Assembly (NCBI GenBank): GCA_003670735.1
Contig: QWQU01000001.1
Coordinates: 1,574 to 65,573 of the forward strand
From: Chloroflexota bacterium
GTDB taxonomy: Bacteria > Chloroflexota > Dehalococcoidia > UBA2979
Reading direction: 5' to 3'
DNA length: 64,000 nucleotides
How positions within the stretch are numbered: the first letter of the stretch is position 1; the number at the start of each line of letters is the position of its first letter. The notes beneath the pieces were generated by a model that was not told the origin of the DNA, did not search any database, and worked only from the letters and a program-made list of their open reading frames with translations. This document shows positions 33,559-44,164 of the stretch, piece after piece. The translations under genes and the position numbers were made by a program.

Positions 33559-34779
33559 GTGGCCCTGGTCGTTCAGAAGTACGGCGGCTCGTCCGTCGCA
33601 GACCCCGACAAGATCAAGCGAGTCGCCGATCGCATCGCGCGTCGCGTACGTGGCGGCGACCAGGTCGTCGCCGTCGTCTCCGCGATGGGTGACACCACCG
33701 ACGATCTGATCGACCTCGCCGCCAAGATCACGAACCGCCCATCGGCTCGTGAGATGGACGTGCTAATGCACACCGGCGAGATCGTCTCCGCATCGCTGAT
33801 GACGATGGCGCTGAACGAGGCGGGCATGGAGGCGATCAGCCTCACCGGCCAGCAAGCAGGCATCCGTACCGACTCGGTGTACCGTCGCGCACGCATCGCC
33901 GGCATCGACACCGCACGCATGGAACGCGAGCTCCAGGCTGGCCGTGTAGTGATCGTGGCGGGCTTCCAGGGCATGACCGACGACCTCGATGTCGCCACGT
34001 TCGGGCGAGGCGGCTCAGACACCACAGCAGTCGCGCTGGCCGCAGCGCTCGGCTCGAACCGCTGCGAGATCTACACCGACGTCGCGGGCGTGTTCTCGGC
34101 TGACCCGCGCATCGCCACGAAGGCGCGCCCACTGCGCGACATCGGCTACGACGAGATGCTCGAGATGGCAACGACCGGCGCGGTGGTCATGCACCCCCGT
34201 GCGGTCGAGGTCGGCGCGCTCTACGGCGTCGAGATCCTCGTCGCCAGCACCTTCGACGAGTCAGCCCCCGGCACGATCATTCACGGAGCAACGACCATGG
34301 AACAGGCCAACAAGGTCCGCGGTATCGCCCACCAGCGCCAGGTCGCGAAGGTGACCGTGCGCGCCGTGCCAGACCGTCCCGGCATCGCCTCGACGCTGTT
34401 CGAGCCGCTGGCCGAGGCGAATGTGTCGGTGGATACGATCGTGCAGAACGCGAGCGTCGAGGGCCTCACCGACCTGACCTTCACCGTGGCCAAGGACGAC
34501 CTCGACAAGGCTGTCGAGGTCGTGCAGGCCACACTGCCAACGCTCGGCACGACGGAGCTCGTGACTGACTCGGAGCTCGGCACCGTCTCGGTGATTGGCA
34601 CTGGCATGGCGTCGGCGCCTGGCTACGCGGCGCAGATGTTCCGCACGCTCTTCGACAACGGCATCAACATCGAGTTGATCTCGACCTCGGACATTCGCAT
34701 CACGTGTCTCGTGAAGCGCGACCAGGTCGATGACGCAGTGCGCGCGCTGCACGACGCGTTCGCGCTCGACCAGGCGTAA
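33559..34779 (+). CDS. ask: aspartate kinase
   Basis: MALVVQKYGGSSVADPDKIKRVADRI...VVVSAMGDTTD. C-terminal tandem ACT domains. AGGAG RBS spacing 6. Confidence 0.93.
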   Translation: MALVVQKYGGSSVADPDKIKRVADRIARRVRGGDQVVAVVSAMGDTTDDLIDLAAKITNRPSAREMDVLMHTGEIVSASLMTMALNEAGMEAISLTGQQAGIRTDSVYRRARIAGIDTARMERELQAGRVVIVAGFQGMTDDLDVATFGRGGSDTTAVALAAALGSNRCEIYTDVAGVFSADPRIATKARPLRDIGYDEMLEMATTGAVVMHPRAVEVGALYGVEILVASTFDESAPGTIIHGATTMEQANKVRGIAHQRQVAKVTVRAVPDRPGIASTLFEPLAEANVSVDTIVQNASVEGLTDLTFTVAKDDLDKAVEVVQATLPTLGTTELVTDSELGTVSVIGTGMASAPGYAAQMFRTLFDNGINIELISTSDIRITCLVKRDQVDDAVRALHDAFALDQA

Positions 34780-34877
34780 GACCGGGGAAGGCTCGGCCCT
34801 ACACCTGATCGAGGCTCGGGGTTACGCCGTGAGCGCGAGACCGCGTCGGCGCAGCTCGCCGTCCAGGTCGAGGTGCT

Positions 34878-35297
34878 TCACGCCCATGCCGCGTGCCTCC
34901 CACTCGTCGGTGGGTACCGGCCAGAACCTTCGAACTCATTGCCGTCGGGATCCTTGCCGTACAGGCTCAGGCTGACGCCGTGATCCGAGGCGCCGGTGAG
35001 CGCATCTGCGTTCACGAGCGCCGCTTGCACCTCGGCGAGGTCCGGTAGCGACGCCACTTCCCACGCGAGGTGATAGAGGCCGACACGCTCGCCATGCGAG
35101 GGCGGCGGTGCATCGTTCCCAATGCCGAAGAGCCCGAGATCATGGTGGTTCTCGCTGCCGTTCGCGCGCAGAAAGAACGCACGATCGCCCATCGACTCCA
35201 CCACGCCGAACTGCAGCACATCGCGGTAGAACGCCACCGCGCGCTGCGCGTCACGCACGTAGAGCACGGCATGATTCAGTCTCGAAAGCGTGAACAC
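34878..35297 (-). CDS. VOC-family (glyoxalase/bleomycin-resistance/dioxygenase fold) protein
   Basis: 139 aa. HAVLYVRDAQRAVAFYRDVL...YGKDPDGNEFE is typical of VOC. Confidence 0.7.
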   Translation of the reverse strand: MFTLSRLNHAVLYVRDAQRAVAFYRDVLQFGVVESMGDRAFFLRANGSENHHDLGLFGIGNDAPPPSHGERVGLYHLAWEVASLPDLAEVQAALVNADALTGASDHGVSLSLYGKDPDGNEFEGSGRYPPTSGRHAAWA

Positions 35298-35338
35298 GAT
35301 GCACCTCCATCCACTCGCACGTTCGAGGTGGTCGCGCG

Positions 35339-35875
35339 TTAGGCCGCGACCTCCACGGCTGCAGCAACTTCAGCATCAATCGTGAGATTGATCTTCTTGC
35401 CCACAACGACTCCGCCGGTCTCCAGCGCCACGTTCCAGATCAGGCCGAAGTCCTCGCGGTCGATCGAGCCGTTCAGCGAGAAGCCGAAGCGGCGGTCGCC
35501 CCAGGGACTCGCGACCGGGCCGGTGAACTCGCCGATCAGCGTGACCGGCCGGGTCACGTCGCGGATGGTCAGGTCACCAGTCAGCTCGAACGCCTCGTCG
35601 CCCTTACGGCGCACCTCGGTGCTGACGAAGGTCAGCCGCGGGAACTGCTCGGCGTCGAGGAAATCCCCGCTGGTGAGATGAGCGTCGCGGTCGGGATTGC
35701 CGGTCGAGAGGCTTCCCACAGCAACGGTGGCGCGGACGCTCGAGGCTTCCGGGTGCTCCTCGTTGAGCTCGATCTCCGCATCAACGTCGGTGAATCGGCC
35801 CTTCACGTTCGAGACCATCATGTGCTTCACCGAGAAGCCGAGGTCGAGGTGCTGCTTGTCCAGTGTCCAGGTCAT
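35339..35875 (-). CDS. YceI-family periplasmic/lipid-binding protein
   Basis: 178 aa. FSVKHMMVSNVKGRFTD...GDLTIRDVTRPVTL are YceI-like signature blocks. Confidence 0.8.
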   Translation of the reverse strand: MTWTLDKQHLDLGFSVKHMMVSNVKGRFTDVDAEIELNEEHPEASSVRATVAVGSLSTGNPDRDAHLTSGDFLDAEQFPRLTFVSTEVRRKGDEAFELTGDLTIRDVTRPVTLIGEFTGPVASPWGDRRFGFSLNGSIDREDFGLIWNVALETGGVVVGKKINLTIDAEVAAAVEVAA

Positions 35876-35887
35876 GGCTCGTGCCCT

Positions 35888-35926
35888 TCAGTTCCGAATC
35901 AGTTGTCAGTTCCTATTCGGAACTGA
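35888..35926. promoter_or_regulatory. long inverted repeat (12-bp arms) in the yceI/hxlR divergent promoter region; candidate HxlR-type operator
   Basis: TCAGTTCCGAAT-N15-ATTCGGAACTGA perfect arms. 13 nt upstream of the yceI start and ~75 nt upstream of hxlR. Confidence 0.5.
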
Positions 35927-35999
35927 TAGCATCATCAGTGCCTGAGGTAGACCTGTGAAGACGGCACTTTGAAGTGCCTCGGGCACATGGAGAGAACCA

Positions 36000-36383
36000 A
36001 TGACCACTGCCACCATGACCGAGGCGAATCCCACTAGCTGCGTCGCACGCGAGGTGCTCGACCGGGTCGGGGATAAGTGGTCTGCCTACGTACTGCACAT
36101 GCTGGCTGTCCAGCCACGGCGTTTCAGCGAGCTGCGCCGGGGCATCGAGGGCATCAGCCAGCGAATGCTGACCGTCACCCTGCGCGGCCTCGAGCGAGAC
36201 GGGCTGGTCACGCGGACCGTCTATCCGGTCGTGCCACCTCGGGTGGACTACGCGCTGACTCCGCTCGGCGGGACGCTGTCGGAGACGATCTGCGCCCTGG
36301 TCACCTGGTCCGAGGAGCATCGCGCAGACATCGATACTGCTCGCGCTCGGTACGATGAGGGTGGCGAAACGGTGGATTTCTAG
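36000..36383 (+). CDS. HxlR-family winged-helix transcriptional regulator
   Basis: CVAREVLDRVGDKWSAYVLHML...FSELRRGIEGISQRMLTVTLRGLERDGLV is the HxlR signature. Confidence 0.82.
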   Translation: MTTATMTEANPTSCVAREVLDRVGDKWSAYVLHMLAVQPRRFSELRRGIEGISQRMLTVTLRGLERDGLVTRTVYPVVPPRVDYALTPLGGTLSETICALVTWSEEHRADIDTARARYDEGGETVDF

Positions 36384-36486
36384 GGCGTCGCCGGCGCATT
36401 TCGATCTGGGCAGTCCCCGCCGGCAGGCGTATAGTCAGGCCTCATCAGCACGCGCGTTCGCGTAACTGTCTAGGCACCTATACCGA

Positions 36487-39400
36487 ATGGCCTACACCCA
36501 CCTCCACGTGCACTCGGAGTACTCCCTGCTCGATGGCCTGAGCCACGTGCCGGATCTCGTTGCGCGCGCGAAGGAGCTGGGCCAGACCAGCCTCGCGATC
36601 ACCGACCACGGCAACATGCACGGGGCGATCGAGTTCTACGAGGAAGCCCGGAAGCACGATCTGAATCCGATCATCGGCATCGAGGCCTACATGGCCCAGG
36701 GCAGCCGCCTCAGCCGTGGCGCCACCGACCGGTCGCAGTTCCACCTCACACTGCTCGCGCAGAACGAGGTCGGCTACCGCAACCTGCTCAAGCTCTCCTC
36801 AGCCGCGCACCTCGAAGGCTTCTACTACAAGCCACGCATGGACCGAGAGCTGCTCGCCGCGCACAGCGAAGGCCTGATCGCGCTGTCGGCGTGCCCGTCT
36901 GGCGAGCTGATGAGCGCGCTCGGCGATGGTCGCGAGGCAGACGCGGCGGCAGTCGCCGGTTGGTACAAGGACATCTTCCCCGGCCGCTACTACATCGAGC
37001 TGCAGGAGCACGGTCAGCAGCAGTTCAGCCGCCTCAACCGACCGCTCGTCGACCTCGCGCGATCGATGGATCTGCCGATGGTCGTGACGAACGACTCGCA
37101 CTACACACTGCCGAACCAGCACAAGTATCACGACATCCTGCTGTGCATCGGTACCAACTCGGTGGTTACCGACCCGAACCGCATGAAGATGGACAGCCCG
37201 TCCTTCTACTTGAAGAGCGAGCAGGAGATGCGCGCGCTCTTCCCGGAGCTGGGCGACGCATTCGACAACACCGCTCGCATCGCGGAGTCGGTGGACATCA
37301 AGATCCAGTTCGGGCGCGCGATCCTGCCGGATGCCGGCGTCCCGGAAGGCGTCGAGCCAGTCGACTACCTGCGACAGCTCTGCGAAGAGGGCCTGTACCG
37401 CCGCTACGTCACGCCGACCGAGGAGCACATCGAGCGCCTGCGGTACGAGATCAGCGTGGTCGCCGAGTGCGGCTTCGTTGAGTACATGCTGATCGTCCGA
37501 GACCTCGCGCTGTTCGCGCGTTCGCAGAAGATTCCGATGGGCGTCCGCGGTTCCGCGGCTGCCTCGATCATCCTGTACTGCCTCGGCGTCACCGACATCG
37601 AGCCGCTGCAGTACCGCCTCGTCTTCGAGCGCTTCCTCAACCTCGAGCGTCACGAGATGCCCGACGTTGACTTCGACTTCGCCGACGCACGTCGTGAGGA
37701 AGTGATCCGTTACGCGTCTGAGCGCTACGGCCGTGACCGCGTCGCGCAGATCGTCACCTTCGGAACGCTCGGCGCGAAGGCTGCCATTCGCGACTCCGGT
37801 CGCGCACTCGGTATGCAATACGGCGAGGTCGACCGTGTCGCTCGCCTGATCCCGAACGCACTGCATGTCACGCTCGACAAGGCCCTCGAGGAAGTCGAGG
37901 AACTGCGCCAGATGGTGCAGGACGAGCCGCCGGTCGCCGAGCTGATCGACACCGCCCGCGGCCTCGAAGGCGTCGCGCGGCACGCGAGCACGCACGCCGC
38001 GGGCATCGTCATCTCACGCGAGCCACTGACCGACGTGGTGCCGCTGCAGCGCGCGACGTCGTCCAAGGACGACAGCGCCGAGACGTTGCCGACCACGCAG
38101 TACGCGATGGCCGAGGTCGCCAAGATCGGCCTCGTGAAGATGGACTTCCTTGGCCTGATCAACCTGACCATCCTCGGCCATGCGGTCGAGCTGATCCGCA
38201 GTGAGCGCGGCGAGGACCTCGATCTGACCGCGCTGCCGGACGCCGACCCGGACACCGCCGAGCTGCTGGCGAAGGCGCAGACGTTCGGCGTATTCCAGAT
38301 GGAGTCGGCAGGCATGCGGCGCTACGTCGCCGAGCTGCAGCCGAAGGACATTCGCGAGCTCTCCGCCATGGTGGCGCTGTACCGCCCCGGGCCGATGGAA
38401 CACATCCCGCGCTACATCGAGGTGAAGCACGGCCGCGCGGCCGCGCACTATCCGCACGAAGACCTCGCCGACCTGCTCGACGAGACATACGGCGTCATCA
38501 CCTACCAGGACCAGGTCTTGCAGATCGCGCAGAAGTTCGGCGGCTACACCCTTGGTGAAGCCGACATCATGCGCAAGGCGATGGGCAAGAAGATCGCCTC
38601 GGTCATGTTGGCCGAGCGCGAGAAGTTCGTGTCTGGTGCGATCGAAAAAGGCTACGACCAGAAGCTCGCTGAACAGGTCTTCGACCTGATCGAGCCGTTC
38701 GCCGGCTACGCGTTCAACAAGGCGCACGCGTTCTCGTACGGCACGATCGCCTACCAGACCGCGTACCTGAAGGCGCACTACTCCGTCGAGTACATGACGG
38801 CCGTGCTGATGGCCGCCGGTAACGCTGGAGCACTCGACCGCGTCGCTGAGGCGATCGCGGAGTGCACGCGTCTCGGCATCACGGTGCTGCAGCCGGACGT
38901 GAACAAGAGCAAGTACAACTTCAGCGTTGAGCACCTCGAGGACGGCTCACGGGCCATCCGCTTCGGCCTCGCGCAGATCAAGCACGTCGGCTCCGGCGCG
39001 GTCGAGACGTTGATCGCGGAGCGCGACGCGAAGGGCACCTTCGAGCACCTCGAGAACTTCGCGCGTCGCCTCAACACCCGCGAACTCAACCGCCGCGTGC
39101 TCGAGTCGCTCGCGAAGGCGGGTGCCCTCGACTCGCTCGGCAACCGCTCGAGCATCGTGTTTGGGATCGACCGCATCCTCTCGCTCGCCCAGCAGGAACA
39201 GCGCCTGCGTGAGACCGGTCAGACCTCGATGTTCGACCTCTTCGGCACGCAAGTAGACACGCCACTGCCGGCGCTCGAGCTACCGACGATCGACACGCCA
39301 CAGGCGGAGCTGCTCGGCTGGGAGCGCGAGCTGCTCGGCACGTATCTCTCCGACCATCCGTTCCAGCACGCCGCGGGTAACCTCGCGCGTTACGTCACGG

Positions 39401-40179
39401 CACAGCTCACGGAGCTCACCGCTGAGATCGCAGGTAACGAGGTCGTCGTGGCTGGCATGATCACCACGGTGCGCCAGCTCGCCACGCGACAGGGCAAGCC
39501 GTTCGGTGCCGTCGCCGTCGAAGACCTCAGCGGCACGAGCGAGCTGACGATCTGGCCCGAGCAGTTCGCGAAGTATCGCGAGTTCCTGATCGAGGGCGCG
39601 GTGCTGATGGCTCGCGTCTCGGTCCGCGAGCGCGGCGACCGCCTGACCATCGCCGTCGAGAAGCTCTGCGGCTACGACCTGGAGAGCGGCAGGCTCCTGG
39701 GTGCCGAACCCTCGATGTTCATCGGCGCCGCTCGACCACAGGTCATTGCCGCTGCTGCCGCACCCGTGATGCCTGACCCGGACGGCGGTCGCTACGACGA
39801 CCTCGACACGCCGGCCCCGAGGCCTGCGCTGCGCGCCATTGAGCGCGAAACGTCGGTGCCAGCACCCGCATCTGCGGCAAACAACAGCTCGGCGCAGGCT
39901 GGTCCGCCGCGGCTTCGGATCACGATGGAAGAGACGACTGACCAGGGTGCGGACCGCCGTCGCCTGCAGAAGATCATGGCGCTGGTCGGGCGGACGCCCG
40001 GTGACCACCCGGTCGAGCTCGCGCTGCGTCTCACCGACGGGCACACCGAGTTGCTTCGCCTCGGTGGCGTGGCCGACATGGAGACGCTGCTGCCTGAGCT
40101 GCAGCCGCTGCTCGGCGTCTTGGGCAAAGCGAAGTGCATCGGCAGCGCGGAACGCGCATACGCCATCGCTGCGGGCTGA
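36487..40179 (+). CDS. dnaE: DNA polymerase III alpha subunit
   Basis: 1230 aa. N-terminal PHP MAYTHLHVHSEYSLLDG, polymerase core, OB fold. Confidence 0.96.
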   Translation: MAYTHLHVHSEYSLLDGLSHVPDLVARAKELGQTSLAITDHGNMHGAIEFYEEARKHDLNPIIGIEAYMAQGSRLSRGATDRSQFHLTLLAQNEVGYRNLLKLSSAAHLEGFYYKPRMDRELLAAHSEGLIALSACPSGELMSALGDGREADAAAVAGWYKDIFPGRYYIELQEHGQQQFSRLNRPLVDLARSMDLPMVVTNDSHYTLPNQHKYHDILLCIGTNSVVTDPNRMKMDSPSFYLKSEQEMRALFPELGDAFDNTARIAESVDIKIQFGRAILPDAGVPEGVEPVDYLRQLCEEGLYRRYVTPTEEHIERLRYEISVVAECGFVEYMLIVRDLALFARSQKIPMGVRGSAAASIILYCLGVTDIEPLQYRLVFERFLNLERHEMPDVDFDFADARREEVIRYASERYGRDRVAQIVTFGTLGAKAAIRDSGRALGMQYGEVDRVARLIPNALHVTLDKALEEVEELRQMVQDEPPVAELIDTARGLEGVARHASTHAAGIVISREPLTDVVPLQRATSSKDDSAETLPTTQYAMAEVAKIGLVKMDFLGLINLTILGHAVELIRSERGEDLDLTALPDADPDTAELLAKAQTFGVFQMESAGMRRYVAELQPKDIRELSAMVALYRPGPMEHIPRYIEVKHGRAAAHYPHEDLADLLDETYGVITYQDQVLQIAQKFGGYTLGEADIMRKAMGKKIASVMLAEREKFVSGAIEKGYDQKLAEQVFDLIEPFAGYAFNKAHAFSYGTIAYQTAYLKAHYSVEYMTAVLMAAGNAGALDRVAEAIAECTRLGITVLQPDVNKSKYNFSVEHLEDGSRAIRFGLAQIKHVGSGAVETLIAERDAKGTFEHLENFARRLNTRELNRRVLESLAKAGALDSLGNRSSIVFGIDRILSLAQQEQRLRETGQTSMFDLFGTQVDTPLPALELPTIDTPQAELLGWERELLGTYLSDHPFQHAAGNLARYVTAQLTELTAEIAGNEVVVAGMITTVRQLATRQGKPFGAVAVEDLSGTSELTIWPEQFAKYREFLIEGAVLMARVSVRERGDRLTIAVEKLCGYDLESGRLLGAEPSMFIGAARPQVIAAAAAPVMPDPDGGRYDDLDTPAPRPALRAIERETSVPAPASAANNSSAQAGPPRLRITMEETTDQGADRRRLQKIMALVGRTPGDHPVELALRLTDGHTELLRLGGVADMETLLPELQPLLGVLGKAKCIGSAERAYAIAAG

Positions 40180-40312
40180 TCTCGAACGTCACGAGGCCTG
40201 CTCGCGCCCGTCACCTCGCGCGTACTTCCTTAACCACGGCCTCCGCGTCGGTCGGCTAGACTAGGCGCTCGCCTCGGCGCCTGCCGGGCATGCGAGCACA
40301 CGAGGACGGCCG

Positions 40313-41305
<993 letters not shown>

Positions 41306-41307
41306 CC

Positions 41308-42216
41308 GTGGCCATCGGCCGCCCTGAGCAATCCGGCGAGATCACTGAGGCAGACCTGCTGTCACAGGTGCGTCGCCTTGAGATTCAGGCGCGCCGACTC
41401 GCTAGCACCACGATCGCGGGCGACTATCGCAGCGTGTTTCGTGGCTCTGGCATCGAGTTCGCCGAGGCGCGCGAGTACACGCCCGGCGACGATGTGCGAC
41501 TCATCGACTGGAACGTCACCGCGCGCACGGGCACGCCCTGGGTGAAGCAGTACGTCGAGGAGCGCGAAGCACCGGTCATCTGTGCCGTTGATGTCTCTGG
41601 CTCGCAGCGCGTCACGCGCCACCCGCAGGGCCGCACCGCCGTCGCCGCTGAGCTCACGGCGCTACTCTCATTCGCTGCGGCCTATCAGCATGACCGCGCA
41701 GGGCTGCTCAGCTTCACCGATCGCATTGAGCAGTTCGTACCGCCCGCGCGCGGTACCAAGCACACGTTGCGCATCGTGCGCGAGGTGCTCCGCGGCGAGC
41801 ACAGCGGCCAGGGCACGTCCCTGTCGAGTGCCTGCGACTACCTCGCACGTGTGCTCCGTCGCCGCTCGATTGTGTTCCTCATCTCGGACTTCATCGATCG
41901 CGACTACGAGCAGGCGCTGCGCACGCTCGCACGTCGCAACGACGTGATCGCGCTCACACTCGTCGACCCGCTCGACCTTGCCATGCCTGACCTGGGCCTC
42001 GTGGAGTTCGAGGACGCTGAGACCGGCTCTCGTGCGGTCGTCGACACCGGCGACGCCGCGTTCCGTGAGCGCTACGCCGCCGCCGCCGAGGAGCGTGCTC
42101 GGACACGTCGTGCCATCCTCGCCTCGGCAAACGTCGATGAGGTGCAGATCCGCCTCGACCAAGATGTGCTCCTGCCGGTGCTCGCGTACTTCCGACAGCG
42201 GGCGGCGCGACGGTGA
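41308..42216 (+). CDS. DUF58-domain protein (MoxR partner, vWA-like fold)
   Basis: EFAEAREYTPGDDVRLIDWNVTAR is the DUF58 signature. 2 nt after the moxR stop. Confidence 0.75.
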   Translation: MAIGRPEQSGEITEADLLSQVRRLEIQARRLASTTIAGDYRSVFRGSGIEFAEAREYTPGDDVRLIDWNVTARTGTPWVKQYVEEREAPVICAVDVSGSQRVTRHPQGRTAVAAELTALLSFAAAYQHDRAGLLSFTDRIEQFVPPARGTKHTLRIVREVLRGEHSGQGTSLSSACDYLARVLRRRSIVFLISDFIDRDYEQALRTLARRNDVIALTLVDPLDLAMPDLGLVEFEDAETGSRAVVDTGDAAFRERYAAAAEERARTRRAILASANVDEVQIRLDQDVLLPVLAYFRQRAARR

Positions 42217-43169
42217 CCCGGCGCGCGCTCGTAGTGCTCGTGCTTGTCTCAATCCTCACGCTCGCGGGTAGCCGGCCAGCGCTCGCGCAGCAGAACCCGA
42301 TCGACGTCACGGCACGTACGAGCGCGCAGCAGGCGGTGCTCGGCGAGCGCTTCCGCATCGCTGTTGTCGTCGTCCACGCCACGGATCTGCTCGTGAGCGT
42401 CGAGCCGCCTGCCCGCTCGGCCGCGCTGCAACTCGTAGAGACGCTGCCGACCGTGCATGCCACGAATGGCCCTACGGTCACCTCGACGTTCGAGTACGTG
42501 CTCGCCGCCTTCTCGTTGGGCGAACTCGCGCCGCCCGTGCAGCGTGTGTCGTGGCTGAACGCCAACGGCGACACCGGCTCCGCGCAGGTCGCCGCACCGC
42601 CACTCACCATTCGCTCTGAGAGCGCGGAGGCCGACGGCACATTGCGCCCGCTGAAGCCACAGCTCGATGTGGCCGGCGCTCCGACCTGGTGGCAACAGGC
42701 AGCGCCATACGTCGGCGGCGTCCTCATCGCGGTGGTAGTGCTCGTGTTCGCCGTGCGTTGGTGGCTACATCGCCCGCGAGCGGTGCTCGCACCAACGTTC
42801 GGCCAGAGTGCTGCTGAGGCGGACGCTCGAGTCCAGCTCGAAGCACTTGCGGCGACGATGCCACTCACACGAGGCGATTACGACGGTTACTACGGCACGA
42901 TCGCCGAGGTCGTGCGGGCGTTCTTACAGGAAGAGTTTGGCTTCGGCGCGCGCGCGCTCACGACCACCGAGCTGCAGCAGCGCATGGTGGCACTCGGCGT
43001 CGAGCGTTGGCAGGCACGACTGGTGAGTGGCCTGCTCGATCGCTGCGACAGCGCCGTTTACGCACACCGCCGCCCCGACCCCGCGTCTGCCGACCACGAC
43101 CTCACCGTGGCGTTCGAGATCATCGAGCTCTCCAATCCACGCACGGCGGATGAGCAGGTCGCCGTATGA
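42213..43169 (+). CDS. Bat-operon membrane protein (signal peptide, periplasmic domain, 1 TM, cytoplasmic tail; DUF4381-like, tentative)
   Basis: Start overlaps the upstream stop. Signal peptide LVVLVLVSILTLAGSRPALAQQ. Internal TM GGVLIAVVVLVFAV. Confidence 0.5.
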   Translation: MTRRALVVLVLVSILTLAGSRPALAQQNPIDVTARTSAQQAVLGERFRIAVVVVHATDLLVSVEPPARSAALQLVETLPTVHATNGPTVTSTFEYVLAAFSLGELAPPVQRVSWLNANGDTGSAQVAAPPLTIRSESAEADGTLRPLKPQLDVAGAPTWWQQAAPYVGGVLIAVVVLVFAVRWWLHRPRAVLAPTFGQSAAEADARVQLEALAATMPLTRGDYDGYYGTIAEVVRAFLQEEFGFGARALTTTELQQRMVALGVERWQARLVSGLLDRCDSAVYAHRRPDPASADHDLTVAFEIIELSNPRTADEQVAV

Positions 43170-44164
43170 GCCTGCTGCAATCGCTGCGCTCGACGTTCAT
43201 GGACGCGGTGCTGCCCGGCGTGACCTTTGCGAGCCCACTACTACTCCTACTCGTCCCAATCGCACTGGTGCTCCTACTGTTGCGGTACCGGCGGCCGATG
43301 CGACAGGGAGCGCTGCTCGCTGCCGATCTCGGGCTGTTACAACGCGCAGCGGGGCTGCGGATCAGCTGGCGACGTCGACTGCGATGGGTACCGTCTGCAC
43401 TTCGCTTCGTCGCGATCGCACTGCTGTTGATCGCGATCGCGCGGCCACAACGCGGGCTTGCGATGACGTTCATTCCCGAGCAGGGCATCGACATGGTCCT
43501 AGCGCTCGATATGTCGGGCTCGATGGCACAGTCAAACGGTCGAGGTCAACCGTCACGCCTCGACGCGGCGAAGACTGTGGTCCGCGACTTCGTCGCCACG
43601 CTCGAGGGTGACCGTGTCGGTGTGATCATCTTCCAGGCTCGTTCGCTGGTGCTGTCTCCGCTCACCGTCGATCGCATCGCGGTGCAACGCGCCGTCGAGG
43701 GTACACAGCCTGGCCTGCTGCCAGACGGCACGGCGATCGGGCTCGGCGCGGCAGAGGGTCTCAATCTGTTGCGTAACTCACCGGCGCGCAGTCGCGTGCT
43801 CGTGCTGCTCACGGACGGCCAGAACAACGCGGGCGATATCCAGCCGCTTCAGGCGAGCCAGCTGGCCAAGACGCTGGGCGTGCGCGTGTACACCATCGGC
43901 TTCGGGCCGCGCGACACCGCCGACGTCGACCGCGCCGTGCTGAAGCGCATCGCCTCCGATACCGGCGGGGCGTTCTATGACGCCTCGACGCAGTCCGAGC
44001 TGGCCAAGGCGTACGGCGACATCGGGGCGCTCGAGCGGAGCCGCGTGGGCGAACGGCGCTTCACGCGCTACGAGGAGCTCGCACCGTGGCTCGTCGGTGG
44101 CGCACTTGCACTGCTCGCCATCGAGGTCGCACTGCGCTCGACCATGTTCCGGAGGACGCCATGA
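43166..44164 (+). CDS. vWA-domain membrane protein (BatA-like)
   Basis: Two N-terminal TM helices. vWA MIDAS motif DMSGSM. C-terminal TM. ATGA overlap with the upstream gene. Confidence 0.75.
   Translation: MSLLQSLRSTFMDAVLPGVTFASPLLLLLVPIALVLLLLRYRRPMRQGALLAADLGLLQRAAGLRISWRRRLRWVPSALRFVAIALLLIAIARPQRGLAMTFIPEQGIDMVLALDMSGSMAQSNGRGQPSRLDAAKTVVRDFVATLEGDRVGVIIFQARSLVLSPLTVDRIAVQRAVEGTQPGLLPDGTAIGLGAAEGLNLLRNSPARSRVLVLLTDGQNNAGDIQPLQASQLAKTLGVRVYTIGFGPRDTADVDRAVLKRIASDTGGAFYDASTQSELAKAYGDIGALERSRVGERRFTRYEELAPWLVGGALALLAIEVALRSTMFRRTP

Noticed and set aside
34878-34960. Possible frameshift in the C-terminus of the VOC-family gene (tail ...EFEGSGRYPPTSGRHAAWA)
   Set aside because: The reading frame is continuous to a TGA and the alternative frame gives no better match. 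The unusual tail is accepted as genuine.
40293-40300. Third copy of GCATGCGA upstream of moxR as part of a regulon with the 32485 palindrome
   Set aside because: A single 8-mer occurrence is expected by chance. Noted inside a finding but not called as a feature.
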